Assembly: GCA_949358305.1 (NCBI GenBank)
Contig: OX442314.1
Coordinates: 15,996,001 to 16,060,000 of the forward strand
DNA length: 64,000 nucleotides
Reading direction: 5' to 3'
DNA from: Strigamia acuminata
Taxonomy: Eukaryota
In this document: in pieces, positions 12,849-28,400 of the stretch
Numbering within the stretch: position 1 is the first letter of the stretch
Layout of the letters: each line of letters begins with the position of its first letter
Translations under genes and position numbers: made by a program
The notes under the pieces: generated by a model
Database searches by the model: none
Told to the model about the DNA's origin: nothing
What the model saw: only the letters and a program-made list of their open reading frames with translations

Positions 12849-12971
12849 CTTTTCAGCTTCGTAAGTAATGTCCAATTGATGAATTTCGCCTTCGTATGAT
12901 CTTGCATATGCAATTTGTGTGGCGACAAGATAAACGCAAAATGAAAACAAAATCGACATGTTTACTTGCAT
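12849..12971 (-). CDS. Intact signal-peptide exon of a Cys-rich peptide paralog
   Basis: Encodes MQVNMSILFSFCVYLVATQIAYARSYEGEIHQLDITYEAEK, then a phase-0 donor (gtacgg). The next exon-like segment (from 12806) hits a stop after 3 codons. Confidence 0.55.
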
Positions 12972-14318
12972 GACTTCTCAATACTTGTTTTACGTCTTGA
13001 TAATGCTTGCGGATAAAAGGAGAACAGGATCGTGCTGCAAGGCTCCTGTAGCTATCTATTTATGAAAGATAATGTGCATTACGTCACAGTTTTTCTAAAT
13101 TGCTTAAACATATAATTAATTGTGTTTGTCTTCTTAAAATTTCCCTTTGTGACGCATAATAGTCAATTTAATTTTGCGGAGTGGCTGAACAAATAATAGC
13201 ACAACACATCAACACTGCAAGTTTTCCTATTCGTCGCTGAATGAAATTTCCGAGTAAATTAATTCCTTTGGAAATTCCAACTGATCAATGGTAATACGTA
13301 ACGATATACTAGTATTGTTTTTTTTTTTTTTTTTTTTTTTTTTTGTAATTTTAAATTAATAATAACTTTGGCATTTTTCTTTTTTTTCTTCTTCTTCTAT
13401 TTTTAGCGTTAGTATTCAAGAAATTTTATTTTATTGATTTGTAACTCCAGATTTAGTTCAATGTTTCCGTGAATGACGCAAAATACCACACCCTCTGGCA
13501 ATTGAACAGTTTCTTATTGACGTCAAAGGAGACCTTTACGGCTGACGTCATTTACAACAGTTTCTTTGCGCTCACAAATGACGTTCTCATATGAGCCACC
13601 TGCTTCCCTGCTAAACAGGCTGGACCTTGAAACTAAGAAGTTGGCTTTGCTGCGTGACAATAGTAAGTAATATTGCAATGCAAATACAAATTTGAACAGA
13701 TATTTTTAACCATGTACACTATATAAATAAATGTTTACTTCTTAAGAATAAGCTTTTTTAAATTATTATTATTATTTTTTTTTTGTTTATGTTTTATATT
13801 TTTAAAACTGGCCTAAAATAAAATATTGTTTCATTCAACGATGTCGTAGTGTAGCCAATTCATTATAACGCATTACCGTGTAAAATTCTTCATTCTTCTT
13901 CATGAATAATTCAAAATACGATATTTCTATTTTTAAATCGCTGCCAGTTTCTCTGACTTCTCTTAAAAACTAATATTGCACCATTAAAATCAATAAGTCT
14001 TTTTAATCTTGAGTCAAGATTAAAAAGACTTTCTTAAAAATATTGAACAAGCTGCTACTTCCATAAATGTGAAAAAACAGTTGATTGTGGAATTATAAAA
14101 TGTAAGATAAACATTAACACGGTGTTTATGTATTGACGTTTCCACAATCGATTTCTGAATGCTATCGACACAATCATCGACTTATTGATTCAAGCAGAAT
14201 GCATTTTTCTCTCGTCAACTGCTCCCTGGTGATTGCTATTTTCACTAAAAAAAAGTTTAATTTTTCCAGTTCCTAATCCATTAGTTGACCACTCTTTTCC
14301 TCGCTTAACTTTATTTTT

Positions 14319-15283
14319 ATGGACCATTCCATCAAAGTCTACTGGATTTTCTTTTCAATTGGATGTAAGTATTCAATTAATTGTAATAAAACTATTAAAA
14401 CTTAACGAATACTTAAGAGATCATAAGTAAAGCAATCATTAAAATAATTCCTTTGTTTTTCTTGTTAAATGAGCTTATGACCATATTTCCTGTTACTTTT
14501 TAATTTTTCACCGGAAATTGTTTGCAAAATAGAAATAGTGCAAAATTAAAATATTTTAATATCAGCATTATTACACAACATGCAGTAATAAGAAACTGAT
14601 TACTTTTTTTTTTTAGATTGTAACTGTTTTCCTTCTATATCAAACCAAAATGAAAAACAAGTCATTGAAGGAGATTCTTTGAATTTAACTTGTCAAATTT
14701 CGTCTGATGTCATCCACTGTGCTTGGTTTCACACTAATGAAGAATCGCTTTCACTCTCATCTTCGAACAAACCTCACTACAATATCTTTGGTAATCACAG
14801 TAATGGCGAATGCCACTTGTACATCAATAATGCAAAATTGGACACGGATAACGGTTTATGGACTTGCCAAATGACAACTATCAACAAACTTAACATTTCT
14901 GGTCAGATTCATCTAACAGTCTTGCGTAAGAATTTTCGATTTAGAAAACAAAAAAGACTTTGAATTAAATTTTAATTAATCTTATAGCACATGATAACGC
15001 ACGCATTAAAGGCGATTCTGTAATATATCGCCCAGGCGTATTTATTGGTGCATTTTGTGCAGCCGCTTTTACAATTGGAGGTTTGATAACTATTTATTCG
15101 TATAAACGAAAGAGTCCTTGTTGTTTAGGTAAGATTTAAATTTATTTTTTATAAGTTATTAAGTTAAATAAAAGATCATTTACTTTTTCAGCACGCGCTG
15201 GATATAGCTCAAGAAGTATGCTCATTTGGAATTCATTACCACAGTCATCAAGTCCCGAACTGCAGTATGAAAATAAATATTAA
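14319..15283 (+). CDS. IgSF gene E: single-Ig type I membrane protein
   Basis: Exons 14319-14364, 14617-14925, 14988-15128, 15192-15283. They encode a signal peptide, an Ig domain (LNLTC...CAW...DNGLWTC), a TM segment (GVFIGAFCAAAFTIGGLITIY) and a tail ending YENKY*. Confidence 0.8.
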
Positions 15284-15609
15284 TAGTTGCACTTTGGAAA
15301 TTGTTGTACATAATAAGGCTCATTTATTTTATTTTTTAAAAGTTGTTAAATTTTACTTTCAGCAGTATACAAAACGTCCATTAACTTAATGTAAAATGGA
15401 ATTTTAGATTGGCTCTGGACTTCACGAGGTCTAAGCCAATTTGTTTTTTACAACCAGAGACTATGATTTTTCTCTAAATAACGTAAAATAGATAAACAAA
15501 ACAGTTTAGTCACAAGTCAACGTAAAGTTCCTCAGAAAGTTGTATGCATTTAATGTTGTAACGATACCATGACGATAAGCTGTTAATAAAAATCATAAAA
15601 CATTAATCA

Positions 15610-17820
15610 TTAATGTTGTCTATTAATGCTAATGTCTGCAATGTTCTTATATATATGCGGACTTTCATCAATCTTTATATCGTCATCAATCTTTTCGTAG
15701 ATGTTTGACTCACGGTTCTGACCACAAGTATTTTTCTTATCACCTCTCAATCCACCACTTCCTACAGGATCAAAGCCAATGTACTCATCTGGAGTTATTT
15801 TTGGCAAAGGTCTACTTTTCAAATATTCGCTGTTTGGTGGTAGTTTATAGACCGTAGTTATATTTATTGCACTCCCACCGATTTTATCCCTACGTTCGGA
15901 TTGATCATTTCTTGCAACGGAGACTTCAGAAGAGCCCAATCTTTTCCTTCTCTTCCTCCACCTGTAAAAAATTTAAAATAACTTTTATATTTATGTAATT
16001 TTCACACATTGACGATTGAAGACAATGCTTACTTACCTCAAGTAAATAACTAAACTTATGGTTACGAGTATTGCAAGAACAAAACAAACAACTAATGGTA
16101 TAATTAAATTGTAAAGTAGACGGGAAACTTTATCTGCAAAAAATCAATAAAAATTGTGTCGATATAAAGCTACAGCATGGCTACGAAGGAGACTAACCCG
16201 AAACAGTTACTGTCACTTCAGAAGACCACTTTGCAGTACCAAGATTGTTCCCAGCAATGCAAAGATACTGACCATCTATTGATTTAGTTGCACGTAAACT
16301 AAACTTCGAGACTCTGTTAATAGCTGACCATTCGTTGCTACTGTAAGGTTTGAATCTCCATTCGAAAAGTGGAGGTGGGTTGCCATTCGCTTCGCATACA
16401 AAGTTTACGTTTTGACCTACTGTTGCTGCTGTAAAAATTTTCGAAGTAATCTTAACACTGGTCGTGGCATCTACAATAATTTACAACGTGATTAATTTTA
16501 ATTTGAATAAAGTGTAGCTTGTTTGGTAGATTACATGAAACATTAAGTTGAAAACTAATACTTTCTCTTGCATTGTAATGTTTTGAAATGCAAGTAATAT
16601 TTTTCAAATCCAAATAAGGTTTTATTGATAAATCCAGTCTATTTGTGGTCTTTTTCAACCTGGGATTTTCCTTTTCGTTTTCAAATGTTGTGTTTCCATT
16701 CAGAGTAACGTTTTCTCCTATTTTCCAATACAAATTAGTTTCTGGACTACCAGAGCTAGTTTCGCAAAAAATAGTGATTTTTTCTTCATTGGTTAGTTTG
16801 AGTACGGAATTATTGGTTAGATTGATGCCGTCATACATTAAATTTGGTAATGATGGACGAACTGAAACATAAACAATGCTAAATATTAAAAAACTGACTG
16901 ATTGTCGGTGAGAGTGTATGCCTTGGTGGCTTAGTCGGTAGAGCGTGAGTCTCATAATCTCAAGATCGTGAGTTCGATCCTCACTCAGGGCATTTATTTT
17001 CTATAATTTTAAATTACTCGCAAGATAAACATCAGTTCAAATCCATTCATAAATTTTTGATGCACTTTCTTGGTAAAAATTAAACGTGAGATTTTCAATT
17101 TAGAGCAACAGATTACTTTAATTTTAAGCGTTAAATTGTCTAAACTTAAAAAAAAAATAATTACATATAATCCCTTAAGTTATTTACTAATTGCCTTGAT
17201 GTCTGAGGTGAAACAGCGCGAGTCTCATAATCTCAAGGTCGTAAATCTGATCCTCACCTAGGGCACTTTTTCTATTCCCTTTTCTTCATTGTAATTCAAA
17301 CTAATTGACTTCTCAGTGCTTTGCTTACCTATAACCACTAAATGTGCTGTGTTTGACAAAATTCCATTAGGATAATCTGGTCTTCGAGGAATAAAACATC
17401 TCCAGGCTCCTTCATCTCTTGTGATAGTCACATGTCTAATAGCAATGCTGCAATTGCCATTTTTAATATCCTCAAGTCGTTCATAATTTGGGTAATAATG
17501 CTTTATGTGAACTGGAACTCCATTTAGTTGCCATGAACAGTCGTCTTCACTTATGCTGATATTAAAGATGCAAGTAAAAGTAACATTTCCACCTTCTGGT
17601 ATCAACTGATCAATTGGGTGCAAAGTAAGGTAAGAAACTAAATTTCAAAATAAATAAAAAATATCTAAATTAAAATAAAATCACCTTCATATACTTGTAT
17701 GATATTTCACTTTCAACATAAATATCTCACAGCAATCGTGATATATAATGTTATATGAAATTATTTACCTGCTGAGGTAATTAATAGGATATGGTATAAG
17801 CTAATAATCACTTGTTTCAT
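15610..17820 (-). CDS. IgSF gene C: 3-Ig type I receptor (Fasciclin-3/Kirre/nephrin-like domains)
   Basis: Exons 17769-17820, 17329-17637, 16535-16861, 16198-16470, 16037-16133, 15610-15961 are in frame. Motifs include DEGAWRC and CEANGNPPP, a TM segment with a basic stop-transfer, and a Tyr-rich tail. Confidence 0.85.
16920..16992 (+). tRNA. tRNA-Met (CAT, elongator type)
   Basis: 73 nt with acceptor stem GCCTTGG/TCAGGGC, anticodon arm TGAGT-CTCATAA-TCTCA and T-loop GTTCGATCC, followed by a T-rich tract. Confidence 0.9.
17193..17265 (+). pseudogene. tRNA-Met pseudogene
   Basis: The anticodon arm and GGGCA end are kept, but the D-arm and T-loop (A/B boxes) are mutated. Confidence 0.75.
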
Positions 17821-18454
17821 GACCGGTTTGATTGAATATTAGCTTACAAACTATAACGCCAATATTAACGACTTCAATTTCATTTGTGTAGATCTAATAA
17901 TATTAAAACACAAAATTATAGATGTAACCTGTCACCAATTTAAAATTATAACTACGGTAATCAGCATTTCGACCGTTGTTGAGATTATGGCGCAGTTGAG
18001 TATAGGCGTAGCAAAATTGTAATTATACTGCTGTGTTTATTATCAGGCTTGATAAAGAGTTTTTTTTGTTCGTCAAAGGAACGAAAGATATCGGAAATAC
18101 GGTTCTTATCGCAGGTCTCACCACATCTGCGTTGCATTTGCAGTTTTTGCAGTTTTTCGTCCAAAAATGTCAATTTTGCAGAGCAAAATGTATTTTTTAA
18201 TATAAACGATCATTTTTCACTTAAATTTTCAAATGATTTGTCCAAAGATATAAAAAATGTAGATTTGCACTCAAAACTGAATTTTTTTTGCCCCCGATTT
18301 GCAATTTTTAGTCCAAAAACTCCTTTTTTTTACACAACACCAGTACCATTTTATTGCAAATGAAATGAACAAATGATAAAAGAAATTAAACCTACAAATA
18401 ATGAAACATGATTTTTAAAATAAAATAAAAAAACAAGCGACCCGTATAGTTTTA

Positions 18455-20299
18455 TTAACAAATTGTTGAAATTGATTTTTTCTTAGAGTTTTCGTAAATG
18501 TGTGGCTCCTCGTACAAATTCCCCTCTTGACCCTCTAACTTAATTTCTGGACTAGGAATAGGATGATTTTCATCAACTGGATCAAATCCAACATATTGGT
18601 CATTATCAATTTCTTCGATTACAGGCAAAGGTCTCCTTGCAATCATGTAACCGTGCGAGTCGACTAGACATTTCGCTTTCGTTCTATGTTTAAAATTCAT
18701 TTTCTTTGGTATATTTTTAGATATTTCGCTAACTTTTCCCCTTTCAGAAGTAATAGAAGGTACACAAATTGTCGCAACAAACTGACGGTTTCCACGCTTG
18801 GCACTTTCTCTCTCTAAAAATATCTTCTTTTTTCTTTCCCTGCACAACAATATTTCAATAATTCATAATAAAATATATTAATTACAAACAGCAACTAATT
18901 AAATGATAGAAAATACCTTAGAACTGCAACTAATATGACTGCAAACAACACAACTATGGCAAGAGCACAAAATAATGCAGGAATTGTTGCAAAATTTCCA
19001 ATTAGCTTGTCTTAAAAGAGTAAAATATTCACATCAGCTTAAAGAAATGAATTGAAAAAAAAGGTACACACACCTGTCACTTTTACTGTCATTTCCTTAG
19101 ACCACAACATGGACTCCGTGTTACCAGCAAGGCACAAGTATTTCCCTTCCCTCGTTTTTTCAGCAATTTCTCTAAAAACTGCTTTGTTGCTGATCACCTG
19201 CCATTCATTTTTATCGACTGCCTTAAACCGCCATTCAAACTGTGGACGCGGATTACCATTTGCTTCACACTCAAAATGAATATCATCACCTTCGTCAACC
19301 GATAATACATGACTGGAAATGATTTCCACACTGTTTGTAGCATCTATATAGAAATTGCAAAGATTCGAGAAAAAAAATTAATTAAAAATAAAAAAAAAAC
19401 CATTAAAACAATGGTGTTTTCTTTTTCTCACATGTAATATTTAACTTGACAATAAAATTGCTAGTTTTGTTGATTGAATGCTCGATAATACACATCAGAG
19501 TGTGTGTATTCATTTTGTAGTCCATGTGTAAAATAAGAACATTAGTTGTCCTTTGCAACTTTTTCGTATCAGCTTCATTGATAATCGTCAGAACACCATA
19601 ATAACGATCATTTTCGTTCATTTGCCAGTAAATGTTTGACGCAGGACTGCCGTGCGAAGTTTCACACACAAATGTGCTTCTTTCATTCGCCGAAGCTATC
19701 ACGTTAACTTCAGAATTGTTCTTGAGTTTGTGCCCGTTGTATGTTAAATAAAGTGATGACGGTGGAACTAAAACATAAGAGAAGTTAATTTGCTCAAAAA
19801 AGTCGATACTAAATTCTTTATTCTTACCGATGACATCAATACGAGTGTAATTAGACACAAGACCATCTGGATGGTTAAGAATTAAACACCGCAAATCTCC
19901 TTCATCTCTTTCAATATTAACATTAGTTATAGTAAGACTGCAGACACCGTTTTCAATATCATTGAAAATCTCGTAGTCTTTTTGACTCTTATTAATGATT
20001 CCCCCGTTTTGTAGTTGCCATACGCACGGTTCGGAAATATTCAACCGACAGTCGAGGGTAACATTTCCTCCTTGTAAAACATCTCGCTTAATAGGATAAA
20101 TAAAAATGCCATAAGTAACAACTGCAAAATAAACAAGTACTGTTAATTTTTCTACGCCTTAAACGGAACTACAATGTGATAACTTATCAAAAAATTGACT
20201 TAAAATCGATTAAAATTGCAAAATTATTTTATATGCACCTGCAAAAGTACTTAAACACAATGCGACACCAGGTAACCGAAACTGTTGTCTTCTATTCAT
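18455..20299 (-). CDS. IgSF gene D: 3-Ig type I receptor, paralog of C
   Basis: Exons 20239-20299, 19828-20121, 19432-19767, 19074-19343, 18917-19010, 18455-18839 share gene C's exon structure. Shared motifs include RPLP, Y(I/V)GFDPV and PHIY. Confidence 0.85.
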
Positions 20300-20866
20300 A
20301 TTCGATCATTTTAAGCCTAGCTTAACACCTTGACGATTTTTCGATAATAGTAAGTGGCTCTATTTTGCTTAACCTTCGAAAAAGTAGATAATTAACGAGA
20401 TAGTTAAATGTTAGTTAAGTGTAGTGCACACACGCCTAATATATACTTAATAACACACATAAAAACCGTTAAAACTTACATGTTGGCAAAGTCAAAACCA
20501 AAGTGTGTTTTAGCTTTGAAAGTAAATTAGGATTTTGCCACAATAAATAATTGATAAGATTAGGAAGTCGATAACGGCTTTTTTTCTAAGATAAGGTACG
20601 ATATTTTTTAGTTTATTGGCAAGGAATAAAAGTACGGTTAAATTAATAGCAAAAGGTTAACCGGATAACAATTTTTCTGATACAAGTATCAATAACAATT
20701 TATCTTTTACAACCACTTGAAACATTATACAAGATGAAATTTCAGGTCAATAATTTTAAACAGCATAATAACATATACAAAAATTTCATACATTATTGAC
20801 CTTTCATTAACAAACAATTGAATGATCAATACTCAAAATAACCCAATTAAACGAGCAAAAAAGTGC

Positions 20867-24410
<3,544 letters not shown>

Positions 24411-25460
24411 TATCCTCTTCAAGCTTCTGCAACATAAAATTTAAAGTATACAACTAGTAAATCAGTGGTCGTTAAAGTAATCGATTCATTCGATACTCGG
24501 TTCTAGCCGAATAACTTCAGAATATAAACCGGAGAATCGATTACATATGATTGCTTTTTTGCCTCTTCTTTAACCTCGTTAAATTACATGTGTGTTATTC
24601 TTTGGCCTTCATTTGAATTTGAATTTGCGCAGTAACAAATTCTGTCGTTAGGTGTTAGGCAATCGACAAATCCAGTTTGGTTGGTGTTTACTATTATCAA
24701 GGTGTTGAAAAAAGAAGAAAGAAAGTTTGTTTTGTTCGGGCCGGAGAGGCGACCTATAAAATATAGTTCTAAGACAGATTGGAGTAAAAAAAAATTTTAC
24801 TCTATGATCACGAATCGACTGAAGAAATTGAGTTAAAATCGATTTTTCATTTTTTAAATAAAATATCGCTACTTTAATCTAGGAAAAAAAATCAGACTTT
24901 TTTTGATGCAACACTTGAACACTTAGCAACAAAAACTTTTAAATTTTCGGTCACAGTACACTCTGGTGTTGGTTTCTTAAATAATCGAATGAAGTACCCA
25001 GAGATGTCTTGCTGTCTTGCTGCATTTGCAATGCATATATATATGTATGTGTGTATGGACACAATTCTAAGTTCATTGCAACTTAAACCCAATAATGTGA
25101 CAACATCAGCAAACAGTAGCGATATGGTCTCACTTAAAATATTGCTTCGTCTCAAAAATCTGAATAATTAAATTTTATTGAGTAAAACAAGTTAGCATTA
25201 TTGCCGAAAGATGGCACAATATGACCATTAATCATTATAAAAGCATTCACTCTTAGTAATCTCCGGCTAAACAGGAGATGGCGCTACTAGTCGGGTTACG
25301 TCACTTCCGGTTCTACTAACGGGTTGCGCGGTCAGGTTCGAATTGCTCTACAAGAAAAATTTGCTTTTATATCGTTTTTTCCCCTTTTTAATTAAAGGAT
25401 CTCATATTTTCGAACACCTTTCTAATAATTGTTTCTTTATTAGTTTTATAACATTCTATT

Positions 25461-28400
25461 ATGAATTCCCAAGTTATGATTACCGATTCTGGATTCCCTA
25501 CTTTGAACGACCACGTGGTCCAAAATCTCCAAAATGAGGAGGTCCACGAACCTAACCACGAAGAAGAGATCGTAGAAGAGCCACCTTCGCCGAGAAGGAT
25601 GCAAAATAGGATCGAATGTCTAGCCGACACTGTGTACGAGCTAAAAGACATAATGCAAAATTTGCTAACTGCGAAAACGGTCGTCGTTTCGCCGCAGAAC
25701 ACCGCGATGGCTGGGCCAGGTGCTGTACCTACCCCAAAAGCCACTGACGGGACAACTTCGTTGTTGAACCCCGCAATCGCAGTTCCCCTTGTCGTCACAA
25801 GCAAGCCAGTTGACGGTTCAACGGCTCCGACTCCAGCAACCAAAGTTGGTTTTTCGGATGTTTCGAAACTTTTGGGCGCCGAGACCAAGTTTGGCGACGC
25901 CTGGCCCGCCGAATTAGAGGCTTTGGTAAGCAAATCGCTTTTTGAGACCTCGACGGAATTTAGGGATCAATTAGTTGAAAAGCTAATAATCCCTGAAAAC
26001 GCAAAATACTTGGACCCGCCTAAAGTGGACGGCACTCTGTTTGGAGAAGTGCAGCCTTGGATAAGGTCGAGAGACACGACGTCTCTAAAACATCAAAAGC
26101 TCGTTTTGAAAGCTTACATTCCGCTTGCTTCGGCAATGAAGGACGTAGTGGCGGGAAATTTGGACCCCAATTCACTGGTCATCCACCTGGCCGAGGCCAT
26201 GACGCTGCTGGGCGCAATGAATACGGCGCTAACGTTACGCCGACGTCTGGACTTCGCGGACTCGCTCGCACCTAGATACAAGCAGTTTGCAAAAGGGAAG
26301 GTTGTTTTCCCATCCGACCTGTTTGGCCCGGATTTGTCGAAGCAGATCAAAGAATTCGACGAATTAAAGAAGGTTACTTCCAAGGCCACTTTTGATAAAG
26401 CCGAAAATCGCAAGTCCGACAGGGACAAGAATTACCGCCGCTTCCACCCGTACAATAGGTACGATAATAAATACGATTACAAGCGCTCAGACAACTCAAG
26501 AAGTTTCGATTTTAAGCGCCAAAATAGTATGAACATTGTTTGTTCTAATCCTGTAACCGAGTTTACTAATTCCGATTCTCTTTGCAGATCGGGGGAAGAA
26601 CCAGCGCGGGAAATCCTACAAGAAGTAGCGACAGAATCACCTGTAATTGAAAATGAAAATGTAAGAAATAAAGAGTTGTTCTTTAATTTACACATATCGC
26701 ATCTGTCCTTTAAGCCAGGGAATTTACAATATTACTTGCCTGTTTGGCGTAAGATCACATCCAATCCTTTTGTATTATCTGCCCTGTCGGGCATAAAATT
26801 CGATCTAAATTTCGACAAGCTCGTTCACGTTAAAAGAACGGAATATAGAATGAAACTGAGCGAAACTTCTGCAATTTCCCAAGCTGTGGACAAGCTTTGC
26901 CTGCAAGGCATAATTAAACAGGTCGCCCACGTTGAAGGCGAATACTTAAGTCCAATTTTCGCCGTCCCCAAGCCGGACGGATCTGTACGGATAATTTTAA
27001 ATCTAAAAAAGTTCAACGAGAGCTTAGAATATCTCCATTTTAAAATGGCCTCGCTTAAAGATGCGATAAACCTTATGAAAAAGGGTCAATTTATGTTTAA
27101 AATCGACCTCACTAACGCCTTTTATTTGTTACCAATTAAAAACGAATTTAAGAAATATGTACGTTTTTTGTGGCAAGGCCAGTTATACGAATATCAGGTA
27201 ATGCCAATGGGCTTGGCAAGTGCCCCACGGACCTTTACTAAGGTTATGTGCCCTGTTTTTTCCGAGTTGAGGACTTGGGGGATTTGCGGAATCCCTTATT
27301 TGGACGACGGAATTTTTCTGTGTGATTCCTTTTGCGAGGCTAAAAACGCCTGTATCGACGTAATAAATTTTTTTCAAAAATTAGGCCTCTGCATTAACTG
27401 GGAAAAATCCGAATTTATTCCCAAAACTAGAATAGAATTTTTAGGATTAACACTAGACTCTAGAAAAATGGAAGTGTCACTTCCAGAAAGGAAAATCGTA
27501 AAAATAACTAAGCTAGCTTCACGCCTTCTCCAATTGGAGAATTTCTCTATTCAGGATTTGGCCATTTTTATTGGCAATTTAGTTTCCGCCGAGCCAGCGC
27601 TTTCTGACGGTTTTTGGAACATAAAGCCCCTGGAATCTTTCAAAACAGGACAGTTGTTCCTTCATGACCACAACTATAATACTTTAGTTAAAAATTACCC
27701 CGACATCAAGGCCGAATTGTCTAGATGGACTAAATTAGAAAATTTCTCCCCCAAAGATCTAAACCGTCGCGATGTGGATACGGAGGTTTTCACCGACGCC
27801 TCCAATTTGGGTTGGGGAGCCAGTTGGAACTCCCGCTCTGCAAATGGCCAGTGGACAGCTGAGGAAAATGATTTTCACATTAATGTCAAGGAACTTTTGG
27901 CCCTCTGGTTCGCCTGGAAGGTTTTTGCCCCCTTTGACGGCAAAAAACACGTTTTGTTTCATTCCGACAGCTCCACAGTAGTGAGCGTGTTCCGGAACCA
28001 GGGCAGTAAGGTCCAGCAACTCCACCATTTTGGTAGACTAGTGTGGGAAGATTCCCAAAGATTAAATATTGACCTTTCAGTAATTCACATTCCCGGCAAG
28101 GAAAACGTTATGGCCGACTATCTGTCGCGTAATTTTTTAACTACGGATGGGGAATGGAGCTTATCTCCAAAAATGTTTAATAAATTAAAATCCCTATTCG
28201 GACTGCCCGAGATTGATCTGTTTGCTACGAGATTAAACCATAAATTACCAAAATATTTTTCTTGGGGCCCTGACCCCTTCGCTTACAGGATAGATGCGTT
28301 CTCCCATTCTTGGAAAGAAACTTTTGCTTACGCCTTTCCTCCTTTTTGTTTAATTTCTAGGATTTTACAAAAAATCCGCCAGGATCAAGCCACGGTACTT

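Noticed and set aside
19403..20044. Single 213-aa ORF as one exon
   Set aside because: It reads through a 60-nt in-frame GT-AG intron (19768-19827) whose position matches an intron in paralog C.
25388..25933. 181-aa antisense ORF in DIRS gag, and other antisense ORFs in DIRS and ELOVL
   Set aside because: They are shadows of GC-richer coding sequence with no recognisable motifs.
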